Source: a phage. Taken from it: a DNA stretch of 64,000 bases. Shown one piece after another: positions 9,668 through 19,042 of the stretch. The stretch lies in the sequence record PZ496580.1; one strand, written 5' to 3'. Below the pieces are notes generated by a model. That model was not told where the DNA came from. It searched no databases and saw only the letters and a program-made list of their open reading frames with translations. Within the stretch, counting starts at the first letter, position 1. Each line of letters opens with the position of its first letter. A program made the translations under genes and the position numbers.

Positions 9668-10171
9668 TCAAATAATTTTCACTGGAATACTATTAACAAT
9701 CTTGTATTGTACTTGATTGTCGGACCCCCGCCACGGCTTCTTCGTTGGCATATCTTTAATATAACGCCCATCGATGAACATGTCAACCGATTCTACAATT
9801 TTTCTTTGCTCATCATTCAATTGGTCAAGGGTATAACCAGACCATAGCCAAATATCTTTATTTGGCATCCATGATTTTACTTCATCGATGATCCGCTGTA
9901 CACCCTTTAAATTGCGTTTATACAGTGGATCGCCACCTAAGAATGTTAGCCCCTGAATAAAATCAGGTCTAAGCAGATCCAGAATCAATCCCATTGTATC
10001 ATCAGTGAATGGTTCCCCGTTCTTAGGATTGAGTAGGCTAGCATTAAAGCAACCATCACATGCGTGTGAACATCCGGTAACGTAAAGGGAGACTCTCACT
10101 CCCTCACCGTTAACCATATCACAATCTTTAATATCGGCATAGCGTAGTTTGCCGTATGTATCAGAACTCAT
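9668..10171 (-). CDS. nrdG: anaerobic ribonucleotide reductase activating protein NrdG (radical SAM)
   Basis: Cys cluster GCSHACDGC (CxxxCxxC) near N-terminus; size about 167 aa; adjacent to nrdD; track start 10177 is TTG, first ATG at 10171. Confidence 0.85.
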   Translation of the reverse strand: MSSDTYGKLRYADIKDCDMVNGEGVRVSLYVTGCSHACDGCFNASLLNPKNGEPFTDDTMGLILDLLRPDFIQGLTFLGGDPLYKRNLKGVQRIIDEVKSWMPNKDIWLWSGYTLDQLNDEQRKIVESVDMFIDGRYIKDMPTKKPWRGSDNQVQYKIVNSIPVKII

Positions 10172-10313
10172 ATTCAATTACCCCAAACTCGTTTACAATC
10201 TGCGCTTTATAGTATCCACCGCGAGATGCTAATAGATAAGCCGGGCTTAGGTATTCGTATTCACGGATTTCTACTTGTGCGTTTTCAGTTTCCCAAATCA
10301 GTAAAGTCCACAT
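10161..10313 (-). CDS. small hypothetical protein (about 50 aa)
   Basis: ATG at 10313 preceded by AGGAGA and promoter 10356-10384; track ORF 10161-10388 extends upstream through the promoter. Confidence 0.3.
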   Translation of the reverse strand: MWTLLIWETENAQVEIREYEYLSPAYLLASRGGYYKAQIVNEFGVIEYEF

Positions 10314-10355
10314 ATTTGATTCTCCTGTAAAGTTGTATCTCGTCTTGATGAATAT

Positions 10356-10384
10356 AGTATAGGGGATCTCTCGATCCCCGTCAA
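10356..10384 (-). promoter_or_regulatory. sigma70-type early promoter with spacer hairpin (PeSL-like)
   Basis: Minus strand TTGACG(10379-10384)-17-TATACT(10356-10361); 7-bp inverted repeat ggggatc/gatcccc fills the spacer. Confidence 0.6.
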
Positions 10385-10388
10385 GCAT

Positions 10389-10718
10389 TTATTTTAAATT
10401 TTTTCGAATGTATTCAGACCATTCCTTCCCTGTCAGTTCGGTCCCATTCTGGAAACTGAAATATTCATACGGCATAGAGTCAAGATAAAACAGGATCATA
10501 CATCGCGCCATATAATACCAATCACGATTAAAGTAAACTACGTTATCACCAGTACCATCAGCACCTTTATCATAACCATCGCGGGTACGGGCGACCCATT
10601 GAATAGTATCATTTTTCTCACGGATAGTAACAGGTTCCCAATATCCAGCACCATCCAGCATGACCACACGAACAAGTAAGGAAATATTGGCCTTTTGATT
10701 TGTTGTCATCCCATTCAC
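10389..10718 (-). CDS. hypothetical protein (109 aa); start uncertain, possibly fused with upstream ORF
   Basis: Track start 10718 is GTG with no Shine-Dalgarno; overlaps ORF 10618-10938 by 100 nt. Confidence 0.4.
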   Translation of the reverse strand: MNGMTTNQKANISLLVRVVMLDGAGYWEPVTIREKNDTIQWVARTRDGYDKGADGTGDNVVYFNRDWYYMARCMILFYLDSMPYEYFSFQNGTELTGKEWSEYIRKNLK

Positions 10719-10938
10719 GATGGATTGGTTCGATCTCGTGAAACAGTGCTAAACAATCATGATTATGCAACACTGGCTTACCATCAATCAATGCATGGAA
10801 TGTATACAAACGACCAGTAGACAAATAGCTGTCCTCACGCTCAACCAGTTCAATAGCAATCTTTTTAGCTCGTTCCTTGTGTCGTTGTGCTTTACGCTTA
10901 CGGTTTAATGATTTCATATTCACCTCACACATTATCAA
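10618..10938 (-). CDS. hypothetical protein (106 aa), basic N-terminus
   Basis: ORF overlapping next ORF; see frameshift finding. Confidence 0.4.
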   Translation of the reverse strand: MIMCEVNMKSLNRKRKAQRHKERAKKIAIELVEREDSYLSTGRLYTFHALIDGKPVLHNHDCLALFHEIEPIHREWDDNKSKGQYFLTCSCGHAGWCWILGTCYYP

Positions 10939-11480
10939 AGGTCGCGATATAGTACATTATGAAAATGAGAACTTGCATTACCAATATTGTAGATAATAAA
11001 TTCTTCATCCGGCGCTTGCGCTACAAATTGAGTATGAGCAACCGCTACAACCTTAAAAATACGATCCGTGATCTTGTGTTTAATTTCTGTTCCTACTTCC
11101 ATAGGAACATATTCATGTGTTTCTGTTTCAGTCGCAAAACAGCCATCTTCTTCATAAGCACGAACAAATCGATCGCAATCAGTACGCTTAACAAATTCAA
11201 GAGTATATAATTCTCGTGAATTGTCGGTATAAACCAACACAGAATTATTCTGATAGCGAATCACATACAGGTTATTATCATCGTCAATTACGCAAAAGCT
11301 ACGGATTTGTGTTCCTTCGCCTTTACTCCAGCAGATATTAACCACCGTTCCTCTAATAAAAAAACTTTCCTTTAAATTAAAACTAGCCAATGTGCTAGCG
11401 TGCATTTTAACAACAACACCATCGCCAATTTCCAGTTTACGAAGTTTAACTTCTTTGCTCAGCACACAAAACATCATCAT
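10935..11480 (-). CDS. hypothetical protein (181 aa)
   Basis: ATG at 11480 downstream of promoter 11510-11537; start is MMMFCV. Confidence 0.5.
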   Translation of the reverse strand: MMMFCVLSKEVKLRKLEIGDGVVVKMHASTLASFNLKESFFIRGTVVNICWSKGEGTQIRSFCVIDDDNNLYVIRYQNNSVLVYTDNSRELYTLEFVKRTDCDRFVRAYEEDGCFATETETHEYVPMEVGTEIKHKITDRIFKVVAVAHTQFVAQAPDEEFIIYNIGNASSHFHNVLYRDL

Positions 11481-11509
11481 GTTGTCCTCTCGTTGTTTTC
11501 GATGTGAGC

Positions 11510-11537
11510 ATTATACATTAGCTAATCAGGTTGTCAA
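11510..11537 (-). promoter_or_regulatory. sigma70-type early promoter
   Basis: TTGACA(11532-11537)-16-TATAAT(11510-11515), just downstream of nrdD terminator. Confidence 0.6.
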
Positions 11538-11542
11538 CACCT

Positions 11543-11576
11543 AAAAACGAAAAAGCCGACCCTTTCGGATCGGCTG
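11543..11576 (-). terminator. rho-independent terminator after nrdD
   Basis: 8-bp stem with one G.U (11554-11561/11568-11575), then U-run on minus strand. Confidence 0.6.
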
Positions 11577-11580
11577 AAAA

Positions 11581-13443
11581 TTACATGTGCTTAACGCGGT
11601 TTACCATCTCGGAATGTTTCCCGTGGTTAAATGGACGCAGATCAACAGATCCAAGATATCCACTAACGCGACGGATAACATTCATTTTTTCCAGATTATC
11701 ATTTCCGCAATCAGGGCAAACAAAACCAGACTCGGTCGCTCTCATTTCCTTAGTAGATCCGCATACATGACACACATCAGAAGGGGTATTAACACCGAAG
11801 TAGTGCAATTTATCCATTGCATAGTCTACTACAGTTTCAAGCCCTTTAATGTTGTTTTTCATGTCTGGAAACTCAACATAAGAGATCATGCCACCGGACG
11901 CCAGCCAGTGATAGTCTTTCTCAAAGTCGATTTTCTCAAACGGTGTGACTTTCCGGTCTACGTCAAGGTGGAATGAGTTGGTGTACCAGTCTTTATCGGT
12001 AGCACCCTTAACAATACCAAATTGCTCTCGGTCCAGTCGATTAAATCGATAGCAAAGGCTTTCGGCTGGCGTACCGTAAAGACTAAACCCAAGTCCGGTT
12101 TCGTCCTTCCATTTTTCAGTATAATGACGCAAGATCTTAAGAATATGTTTACCGTATCGCTGCGCATCTTCCGAATCAAACGGATGAACACCAAACAGGA
12201 CGCTCAATACCTCATGTAAACCAATATACCCAAGAGAGATACTAGCGCGACCATCTTTCAACACTTCCAAAATTTCATCGTTTTGATGAATACGGAAAAA
12301 TGCACCTTCGGTATACAGTACAGGAGCAACATTGGCTTTAGCGCCTTTTAAAGCGTCTACGCGACTCATGAGCGCATCAAAACAAATAGGCATACGATTA
12401 GCTAGCTCTTGTTCGAATAGCTCAATTCTGCGCATTACAGACGCTTTACCAGCACGACGCGCGGCAATAAGGGCAATACGCGGAAGATTCAGAGTAACAA
12501 CACCTAAGTTATTACGTCCGTCTAATACTTCTTCGCCTTTCTCATTATGCCACACACCCAGGAAGCTACGACAACCCATCGGGCTAACCGGAACACTAGA
12601 TCCAGTGATACTACGGTTATTCTTCGCAGAGATATAATCAGGGTAAAGACGCTTACTAGAACATTCCAATGCAAGTTGTTTAATGTCGTAGTTCGGATCT
12701 TCCGGTTTAAGGTTTAATCCTTCTTCTAAGAACATCACCAGCTTAGGAAACACCGGAGTTATACCATCTTTACCTAAACCTTTAGTTCGAACTTTCAGGA
12801 TCGCTTTCTGAATCAGTTTTTCTTCCCAGCTAGTACCCATACCAAATGTTAAAGTCACAAAAGGTGTTTGACCGTTGGTGGAGAACAAAGTGTTGATTTC
12901 ATATTCCAACGCCTGATACCCGTCTAGCGTTTCTTTTTCTGTCTTCTCTTGTGCATAGAGAGTATCAGCTTTGATTCCGTAGGTTTCGGCATCAGCAAGG
13001 TGTTTATGATATGTTTTCTCAACATACGGTGCTAACACCTGATCGATGTTTGCAATTGTGGTCCCGCCATATTGATGACTTGCCACCTGTGCGATAATTT
13101 GAGCGGTTACAGCACAAGCAACGCCGATTGATTTCGGACTTTCGATTTGTGCGCTACCCAATTTAAAACCATTCTCTAGCATGTCTTTTAGATTAACAAG
13201 ACAGCAGTTAGTAAACGGCATAGCGGGTGCATAATCCATATCATGATAATGAATATCACCGTCTACATGCGCTTTATAGATGTGCTCAGGTAACACGGTT
13301 TTAGCAATCTGTTTAGACACAGCGCCAGCAATCAGATCTCGACGTGTCGGGAATGTTCGCGCGTCTTTGTTCGCGTTCTCTTTGCTTACTTCGTTTTCTT
13401 TACCCGTTGCGATCTCTGTAATGTCTTTGATTAGTTTTTCCAT
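11581..13443 (-). CDS. nrdD: anaerobic ribonucleoside-triphosphate reductase NrdD (glycyl radical enzyme), uninterrupted
   Basis: 620 aa; C-terminal glycyl radical motif RRVSGYLGS followed by CxxC...CPDCG zinc ribbon; ATG at 13443; terminator hairpin 11543-11576 after stop. Confidence 0.92.
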   Translation of the reverse strand: MEKLIKDITEIATGKENEVSKENANKDARTFPTRRDLIAGAVSKQIAKTVLPEHIYKAHVDGDIHYHDMDYAPAMPFTNCCLVNLKDMLENGFKLGSAQIESPKSIGVACAVTAQIIAQVASHQYGGTTIANIDQVLAPYVEKTYHKHLADAETYGIKADTLYAQEKTEKETLDGYQALEYEINTLFSTNGQTPFVTLTFGMGTSWEEKLIQKAILKVRTKGLGKDGITPVFPKLVMFLEEGLNLKPEDPNYDIKQLALECSSKRLYPDYISAKNNRSITGSSVPVSPMGCRSFLGVWHNEKGEEVLDGRNNLGVVTLNLPRIALIAARRAGKASVMRRIELFEQELANRMPICFDALMSRVDALKGAKANVAPVLYTEGAFFRIHQNDEILEVLKDGRASISLGYIGLHEVLSVLFGVHPFDSEDAQRYGKHILKILRHYTEKWKDETGLGFSLYGTPAESLCYRFNRLDREQFGIVKGATDKDWYTNSFHLDVDRKVTPFEKIDFEKDYHWLASGGMISYVEFPDMKNNIKGLETVVDYAMDKLHYFGVNTPSDVCHVCGSTKEMRATESGFVCPDCGNDNLEKMNVIRRVSGYLGSVDLRPFNHGKHSEMVNRVKHM

Positions 13444-13455
13444 TGTATCACCTAT

Positions 13456-13479
13456 GAAAAAGCGGGATTTTCTCCCGCT
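13456..13479 (-). terminator. terminator-like hairpin immediately upstream of nrdD start
   Basis: Stem agcggga/tcccgct (13461-13467/13473-13479) followed by U4-5 that abuts the nrdD Shine-Dalgarno. Confidence 0.5.
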
Positions 13480-13488
13480 CGTTGATAG

Positions 13489-13983
13489 TTATTTTACCAG
13501 TTCTGCTAATTCTTTTTCTTTAGCTTCTAGTTCAGCTTTAAGCTGTTTAATCTCTTGTCGCTTCTTATTAGCGGCTTCTTGCTTACTATTTCGGATAACC
13601 TGATCTAGATACAACTCCCAATCCTGAATATTTTTGATAATGTAACCGTCAACATTAATTGGTCGGAGATTCAGTACAGCTTCCAGTTTAGTTGCAAAAA
13701 CTTTAATTGCTGGGGTGAAGTATTCATATTCGTTATCTTCAAACCAATAACCTAGACTTGCATTATCAATACGAAGACGAAGTTCAAGATCAAGGTCTTT
13801 ATCTTCGGTGTATAGGTCTTTTACACCCCCCATCGAACCAACAACAACTTTAAAACGAATTTTATCAACACCACCAAACACATCAGTAAGGATACCAGCA
13901 ATTGAGCTATTAGCGCAAGATTGGTCGCTGAATGCGTCAAGGTTTTCTTTAGTTACAGTATACCAAACATCTTGTTTCCACAT
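13489..13983 (-). CDS. hypothetical protein with C-terminal coiled coil (164 aa)
   Basis: ATG at 13983 downstream of promoter 14008-14041; C-terminus KQLKAELEAKEKELAELVK. Confidence 0.5.
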   Translation of the reverse strand: MWKQDVWYTVTKENLDAFSDQSCANSSIAGILTDVFGGVDKIRFKVVVGSMGGVKDLYTEDKDLDLELRLRIDNASLGYWFEDNEYEYFTPAIKVFATKLEAVLNLRPINVDGYIIKNIQDWELYLDQVIRNSKQEAANKKRQEIKQLKAELEAKEKELAELVK

Positions 13984-14007
13984 AATATAATCCTCTCGTT
14001 GTTAAGT

Positions 14008-14041
14008 GGGAGTATTATAGCATACTCCCTTTGCATGTCAA
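14008..14041 (-). promoter_or_regulatory. sigma70-type early promoter with hairpin across -10 (PeSL-like)
   Basis: TTGACA(14036-14041)-16-TATAAT(14014-14019); 8-bp inverted repeat gggagtat/atactccc (14008-14015/14022-14029). Confidence 0.6.
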
Positions 14042-15216
14042 GCACGAACTTTTTTCTTTACTGCTTTCACCTTCTGGCGAATTGCTCGAATCTCTTCGAT
14101 CTCTTTTTCAGTCTCTTTAACAATTTCTTTGCGATTCTGAATATCTGTATCGAGATTATCATCAAGTTTAGGCAGCATGTCAATCAAGAACTTTTTAAAG
14201 TCTTTCAGGTTTCGGATAACAGCACCTTCACCCATTACCGCCACCCCTACACCATCCGGTAGATCACCAAACAGTTTAACCAGTTCAGACAGATGATCAT
14301 GATCTTCTAGTGCTTCTTCCGGTTCAGATGGTAGTTCAACAAAGTAATAGCGTTCATCATTGCTGATCAGGTGATACCAGCAAAGCCCAAAAGATTTAGG
14401 AGTATATTCTACACCATCAACTTCAACCGCGTCAACACTTCCGAAAGAATCTACTTTAGTTACCTTAAATCCGTGTTCCAGCTTTTGAACAATTTCAATA
14501 ACATGACTGGATACGGTTTCAGTGTTAAACCAATGAGGCAAATTATGTGGATTTGGTTTGTAGCGTTCGCCCACTTTAAATCTCTGACCACGCTCTTGCA
14601 TACGGACATATTCAACTCGCGTTATTTCCGCGAAGTATTCAAATTCGCTACCGTCAAACACACAAGCCCATTGATCACAAAAACGATCCGCCTTAACAGT
14701 TTCACCTTTCGCGGTGATCATGGTAGCCGATCCGTGAAATTCTTCTTCAACTAAAAAGCCATATTCGACAAAATCAACAAGTTTCATGGCTTCTTTGTGC
14801 TCTGGATCATGCTCTCCCCAGAATCGCTTAAATTCTTGCAAACCTTCCGGGGTAAACGAATAACATTTACCTTTTTCAAAGTAAGTCGGCATTGCATCCT
14901 CTTTCTTGTTCATCGCTTCGTATGTCTCTTTTGAGATACGTTTAAAGTATTTGCGCTCATTGTGCATAATCATAGTAGCCCAATAATCCACAATATCATT
15001 AGCGGAATAAACTACATCTCCAGCTTCAATAGTAATAACATGACCGTGGTCATCTTTTTCTAATACTTTAAAGCCCTTTTCTACGATTTCAGCAACCCGA
15101 ATATGACCACGGCGCGAAGCATCAGTCAGAATAATTGAATAGCGAGAAAAGTCTAGAAACTCATCTTTACCGCCTTCACGGAATGCATAGTAATGCCCTT
15201 CAAAGAATTTAGCCAT
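14038..15216 (-). CDS. paralog-family protein, multi-domain (392 aa) with coiled-coil tail
   Basis: Several repeated about 90-aa units (e.g. HGFKVTKVDSFGSVDAVEVDGVEYT... WYHLISNDERYYFVEL) related to family A; ATG at 15216. Confidence 0.55.
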   Translation of the reverse strand: MAKFFEGHYYAFREGGKDEFLDFSRYSIILTDASRRGHIRVAEIVEKGFKVLEKDDHGHVITIEAGDVVYSANDIVDYWATMIMHNERKYFKRISKETYEAMNKKEDAMPTYFEKGKCYSFTPEGLQEFKRFWGEHDPEHKEAMKLVDFVEYGFLVEEEFHGSATMITAKGETVKADRFCDQWACVFDGSEFEYFAEITRVEYVRMQERGQRFKVGERYKPNPHNLPHWFNTETVSSHVIEIVQKLEHGFKVTKVDSFGSVDAVEVDGVEYTPKSFGLCWYHLISNDERYYFVELPSEPEEALEDHDHLSELVKLFGDLPDGVGVAVMGEGAVIRNLKDFKKFLIDMLPKLDDNLDTDIQNRKEIVKETEKEIEEIRAIRQKVKAVKKKVRA

Positions 15217-15241
15217 AATATAATCCTCTCGTTGTTTAGAT

Positions 15242-15276
15242 GGGAGTATCTTACTACTCCCGTTTCATCATGTCAA
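15242..15276 (-). promoter_or_regulatory. sigma70-type early promoter with hairpin across -10 (PeSL-like)
   Basis: TTGACA(15271-15276)-17-TAAGAT(15248-15253); inverted repeat gggagta/tactccc. Confidence 0.6.
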
Positions 15277-15857
15277 GCGTTAAATGACTTTTGGATCTCT
15301 TTCAGTTCAGCTACTTTATCGGCGCTATACTTTGCTTGATGTTCCATGCGCTTAAGCTCACCTTTGATATAGGTTTCTAGCTTAGGTTTATTCTCAATCA
15401 GAAAATCTTTCAAGTCATCGGCATTTTTAAAGTATAGCTGATTATCAAAGCTAAAATCTTCCAGCGTCAATGATACCAAAGAAGACTTCGCAAACAAGTT
15501 AATCAGATCTTCCAGAGATTCTTCTTTCTTAACTGGTTTCATTTCTTCAAACTGCTTTTTAGTGATGCGTTTAAAGTATTTGCGCTCGCTTGCATCAATC
15601 AGAATCGATGCACCCTCATAATCATGAGTTTCTACCAAATACACATTACCCATAACATTAACGGTCAGAACTTTAAAGCCATTGCGAAGCACATCATGCA
15701 GGAATTTGTTATGTTGCGGGTATAGTTTAACAAATTCAACAGCAGCATTAGCACTACGGAAAGTGTAGTAACGGCCTCTTTCAAAAACAGCATCATTGGA
15801 AGATTTAGCCGGATATACTTTGTATGTTTTCTGCACCATAATATAATCCTCTATCAT
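15273..15857 (-). CDS. paralog-family protein (194 aa)
   Basis: NGFKVLTVNVMGNVYLVE...SERKYFKRI unit similar to 14038-15216; coiled-coil C-terminus. Confidence 0.5.
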   Translation of the reverse strand: MIEDYIMVQKTYKVYPAKSSNDAVFERGRYYTFRSANAAVEFVKLYPQHNKFLHDVLRNGFKVLTVNVMGNVYLVETHDYEGASILIDASERKYFKRITKKQFEEMKPVKKEESLEDLINLFAKSSLVSLTLEDFSFDNQLYFKNADDLKDFLIENKPKLETYIKGELKRMEHQAKYSADKVAELKEIQKSFNA

Positions 15858-16126
15858 TTCACTAATTGAACAGCACGGAACAGAATGCGATCACATGGAA
15901 GTAGCATAAAGTTCCAGCTCGGATCAAAGTCTTTAGCGGTGTAGGGTTTCCCATCAACAGAGATTTCACTTACATAACCAATGGGCGACACTTTAAGAAC
16001 AGTAAATCCATTCTTGATGACTTCGTAGGTATCTTTCAGACCTTCGTAGTCGTCCTCTAAGAAGTCTTTACGTGCTTGCTCAGATTTAAAAACATAGGCC
16101 ACACCAGCTTTAAACATCTTACGCAT
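15854..16126 (-). CDS. paralog-family protein, single domain (90 aa)
   Basis: ATG at 16126 downstream of promoter 16152-16186; NGFTVLKVSPIGYVSEISVDGKPYT motif. Confidence 0.5.
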   Translation of the reverse strand: MRKMFKAGVAYVFKSEQARKDFLEDDYEGLKDTYEVIKNGFTVLKVSPIGYVSEISVDGKPYTAKDFDPSWNFMLLPCDRILFRAVQLVK

Positions 16127-16151
16127 TGTTGATTCTCCTTCTTGATTAGAT

Positions 16152-16186
16152 GGGAGTATTTTACTACTCCCATTTCATGTTGTCAA
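16152..16186 (-). promoter_or_regulatory. sigma70-type early promoter with hairpin across -10 (PeSL-like)
   Basis: TTGACA(16181-16186)-17-TAAAAT(16158-16163); inverted repeat gggagta/tactccc. Confidence 0.6.
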
Positions 16187-16192
16187 CTACTA

Positions 16193-16666
16193 CTATCTTA
16201 ATTTTTGTATGAATTGTTTCTTATACTTCTTCGTGATTTCTTCTCGTGTATCAGCGTCGCAGTAATCGAAACCTTCTGCGTCCATAATAGCAACCATCTC
16301 CGCGCGTGTCAAGCGTGAAAATCGTTTTACTTTATCAACAGCATATTGAGGATGTAAATGATTGTTGGTGTAGTCTCCTTTGATGTAATTAACATAGTTT
16401 GTAGCCCAAACAACGAAATCAGCACCTAAAGCACCAACCCCAAACCGCTTAAAGTCTCCGGTCAGCGATCCTTCTAGGCGGTTGCAACACGAATGAAGCA
16501 ATCCCCTTACGCGGCCTTGCCCTTTCCCATCTAGATCGTGATCATGGTCAAGATGGTTTTTGCTCATATCCTCAAAAAGTGGCAATTGACAAAGGGGGCA
16601 AATGCCCCCCTGTTTTTCGAATAGTTCTTGTTTGTACTCTTTAGCACTCTTAGCAGTCAGTAACAT
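16193..16666 (-). CDS. 49: endonuclease VII (Holliday junction resolvase) gp49
   Basis: MLLTAKSAKEY...GGICPLCQ...NHLDHDHDLDG...RVRGLL...CN collinear with T4 endo VII; track start 16681 is TTG, ATG at 16666. Confidence 0.85.
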   Translation of the reverse strand: MLLTAKSAKEYKQELFEKQGGICPLCQLPLFEDMSKNHLDHDHDLDGKGQGRVRGLLHSCCNRLEGSLTGDFKRFGVGALGADFVVWATNYVNYIKGDYTNNHLHPQYAVDKVKRFSRLTRAEMVAIMDAEGFDYCDADTREEITKKYKKQFIQKLR

Positions 16667-16690
16667 AAATTCACCCTCCAAAGAAGGTAT

Positions 16691-16972
16691 TTAACCATTA
16701 ATCTTGTTTTTGACTACAAAGGACCGGAACTCATCAAAGCCACCGATATAATCACCATTATAGAAAATCTGCGGCATGGTGGCAATAACTTCTACCCCTG
16801 CGCGATCCTGAATATCGGCAATGATAGAATCAATCTTTACCGGGCGACCGTTTTCGTCAACACCATCATTAACCGGAATGTAGATGTAAGGGATCTTACG
16901 CGCTTCACAAAGGCGCTTTGCATTCTGGCAATACTTACAGTTGTAACCTTCAAAACCAAAAATTTCTACCAT
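16691..16972 (-). CDS. nrdC: thioredoxin/glutaredoxin NrdC
   Basis: CKYCQNAKRL active site and TMPQIF...IGGFDEF resemble T4 NrdC; track start 16984 is TTG, ATG at 16972. Confidence 0.8.
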   Translation of the reverse strand: MVEIFGFEGYNCKYCQNAKRLCEARKIPYIYIPVNDGVDENGRPVKIDSIIADIQDRAGVEVIATMPQIFYNGDYIGGFDEFRSFVVKNKING

Positions 16973-16980
16973 GTTATACC

Positions 16981-17793
16981 TCAATCTACGTTAGTTACAT
17001 AAACTTCTTGCGTATCAGAAGACTTGCCACCTGAACGATCTAGGCAATAGGTCTTATTCAACAGGACGCAGTTTAAATCGTTCCGCTTGATAAAGTCAAG
17101 AAGATGATCATTTACCTTTCCCTTATGATGTGTGACATTACTGATACCAAACTGAAAACCACGCGCCATAATAGATTCTACCCACTGATAGAATTTAATC
17201 TCTTCCTCGTCACTCCAGAACTTATTATATTCCGCAGAAGTGATAAGGTACGGCGGGTCCAAATAAACGAAATCACCTGGCAAGATCTCGATCTCGTCAT
17301 ATCGTCCAGAAGTAAAATTGATTCGACCGTCTTTGTTTTCTTCTTTAAAATTCAGGACACGCTCTACCGCGTTTTCGTTAAAAGTCCGGCGACCAAAGTT
17401 AGCATTAAATTCGCCCTTCCGGTTATGGCGGTTAATGTTGCTAAAACTATGCTGAATCAACACAAACAGAGATAGCGGATCTGGATTCTCGTTATACTTC
17501 TTGCGGAATGCCATATAAGAATCTTTATCATCACGAGACAAACCATTCTCGGCAATAATCCGCTTGATCGTAGAAACCGGATCAGGACACTCGTCAATCG
17601 CTTTGTACGCGTCAATTAAGCGGTGATCATAGTCATTAGCCAGCACATCCCCTTCGACGTACAGAGACACGCTCAAGCCGCCACAAAAGGCATCAACAAA
17701 GCGGTTATAGTGCTTAGGGAAATACTTACTAACACCAGGCAATAACTTTTCCTTATTGCCCGTATAGGGAATTAAACCTAATGCTTTCTTCAT
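16981..17793 (-). CDS. dam: DNA adenine methyltransferase Dam (alpha class)
   Basis: IPYTGNK, FVDAFCGGLSVS (motif I), DFVYLDPPY (motif IV), YNKFWSDEEE; collinear with T4 Dam; ATG at 17793. Confidence 0.88.
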   Translation of the reverse strand: MKKALGLIPYTGNKEKLLPGVSKYFPKHYNRFVDAFCGGLSVSLYVEGDVLANDYDHRLIDAYKAIDECPDPVSTIKRIIAENGLSRDDKDSYMAFRKKYNENPDPLSLFVLIQHSFSNINRHNRKGEFNANFGRRTFNENAVERVLNFKEENKDGRINFTSGRYDEIEILPGDFVYLDPPYLITSAEYNKFWSDEEEIKFYQWVESIMARGFQFGISNVTHHKGKVNDHLLDFIKRNDLNCVLLNKTYCLDRSGGKSSDTQEVYVTNVD

Positions 17794-18224
17794 TATCCCT
17801 TCCTCAAATAAGTTCGCTCAATCTCTACCAGTTCGAAAAAATCTTGCCAACCGCAAGGAAAATTGCAGTTTCCGAAATGATCCTCTTTGTAAAGTTCTTT
17901 ACCGGATGGCAGCTTAATATCTGTTACGCTGTAGTATCCGCAACAATCGCAATCACCCTCTGTATATTCTGTTTTAGTCGGAATATCCATCATTGCCAGA
18001 TACAAAGGTACATCGTCTTGCTCAAAGTTCATGTAACCTTCATGGTCAAACGAAACAAAATTGTCATCACCACCGAAAGGGATATAATGGTCATAGTCGG
18101 TTACAGGTTGACCGTGTAATTCCCATTCTACAATTTTAATATTACCGCTAAAATTGATACCCATAATTTCAACAAGAAAATGAGTATCGTCAATGTAAAT
18201 CTTACTAGGAGTTGGATAAACCAT
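17793..18224 (-). CDS. hypothetical protein (143 aa), Cys-rich
   Basis: ORF; CDCCGYY and CNFPCGW clusters; start not verified. Confidence 0.45.
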   Translation of the reverse strand: MVYPTPSKIYIDDTHFLVEIMGINFSGNIKIVEWELHGQPVTDYDHYIPFGGDDNFVSFDHEGYMNFEQDDVPLYLAMMDIPTKTEYTEGDCDCCGYYSVTDIKLPSGKELYKEDHFGNCNFPCGWQDFFELVEIERTYLRKG

Positions 18225-18234
18225 TATATAATCC

Positions 18235-18531
18235 TCATATCTCAGAGAATAGAATCTCTGTTAGCTTCACTGACTGCTCTCTGAATGTTAGCGTATACTC
18301 GAAAGGAAAGTCAACACCTAATTTCAGAAGAGAATAGCCTACCGCCTCTTTATGCTTATCGGTTAGGGCAATCCTAACCAATTCCCGTTGAATCTCTTTA
18401 GGCGGTGAATGGATAGTAACACTGGTATCATGCAATGTCCAGTCACCATTACGAATCAAGATTAACGGTTTATCGTCATTGAAGATCACCGACCCCTTTC
18501 CGGTCGGTGAGTGTTTTATACTAATCATCAA
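18235..18531 (-). CDS. hypothetical protein (98 aa)
   Basis: ORF in minus-strand array. Confidence 0.4.
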   Translation of the reverse strand: MMISIKHSPTGKGSVIFNDDKPLILIRNGDWTLHDTSVTIHSPPKEIQRELVRIALTDKHKEAVGYSLLKLGVDFPFEYTLTFREQSVKLTEILFSEI

Positions 18532-18742
18532 ATTCTAAGAAATATTCTGGAACGATATAACCGTTAAAGTCATTGCACTTATAAAAATGTGGTGCATTTA
18601 ATGCTGGATGAGCGTTTGTAAACCTCACGTCAGCCAGAAACAGAACGTAATTAACAGGTCTGATACCGACAGAATCAGGATCTAATCCCTTTTCTCTCAG
18701 TTCAGCCAGCGTTAAAACTCGTCCAGATCGTAACTTAGCCAT
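18521..18742 (-). CDS. hypothetical protein (73 aa)
   Basis: ORF in minus-strand array. Confidence 0.4.
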   Translation of the reverse strand: MAKLRSGRVLTLAELREKGLDPDSVGIRPVNYVLFLADVRFTNAHPALNAPHFYKCNDFNGYIVPEYFLEFDD

Positions 18743-19028
18743 GATTTACCCCCAATTCATCAAGATTATGTCGCAGCATTTCAGAGTATTTTTCTACTTC
18801 CTTGATCTTAGTGTGGATCTCCACGATCTCATCTTCACTATCAGAAAGTTTAATGGCAATAGCGGTGCTGCTTTTACCCGCCTTGATCGCTTCTTTCAGT
18901 TCAACCAACATGTCCGCGTGTTTCAATAGTAATTCTTCACGTTGAACATAAGCGACGGTCAAAGCCTCATCAGCGATTTCTAAAGCATTTTCAGCGACAC
19001 CAACAACCATTTTACGAGTAGACAGCAT
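18735..19028 (-). CDS. hypothetical protein (97 aa), helical
   Basis: ORF in minus-strand array. Confidence 0.4.
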   Translation of the reverse strand: MLSTRKMVVGVAENALEIADEALTVAYVQREELLLKHADMLVELKEAIKAGKSSTAIAIKLSDSEDEIVEIHTKIKEVEKYSEMLRHNLDELGVNHG

Positions 19029-19042
19029 AAATTCACCTCACA

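Noticed and set aside
11581-13443. Group I intron or homing-endonuclease insertion in nrdD (as in T4)
   Set aside because: nrdD reads as one continuous 620-aa frame from ATG to the glycyl-radical C-terminus; no interruption seen.
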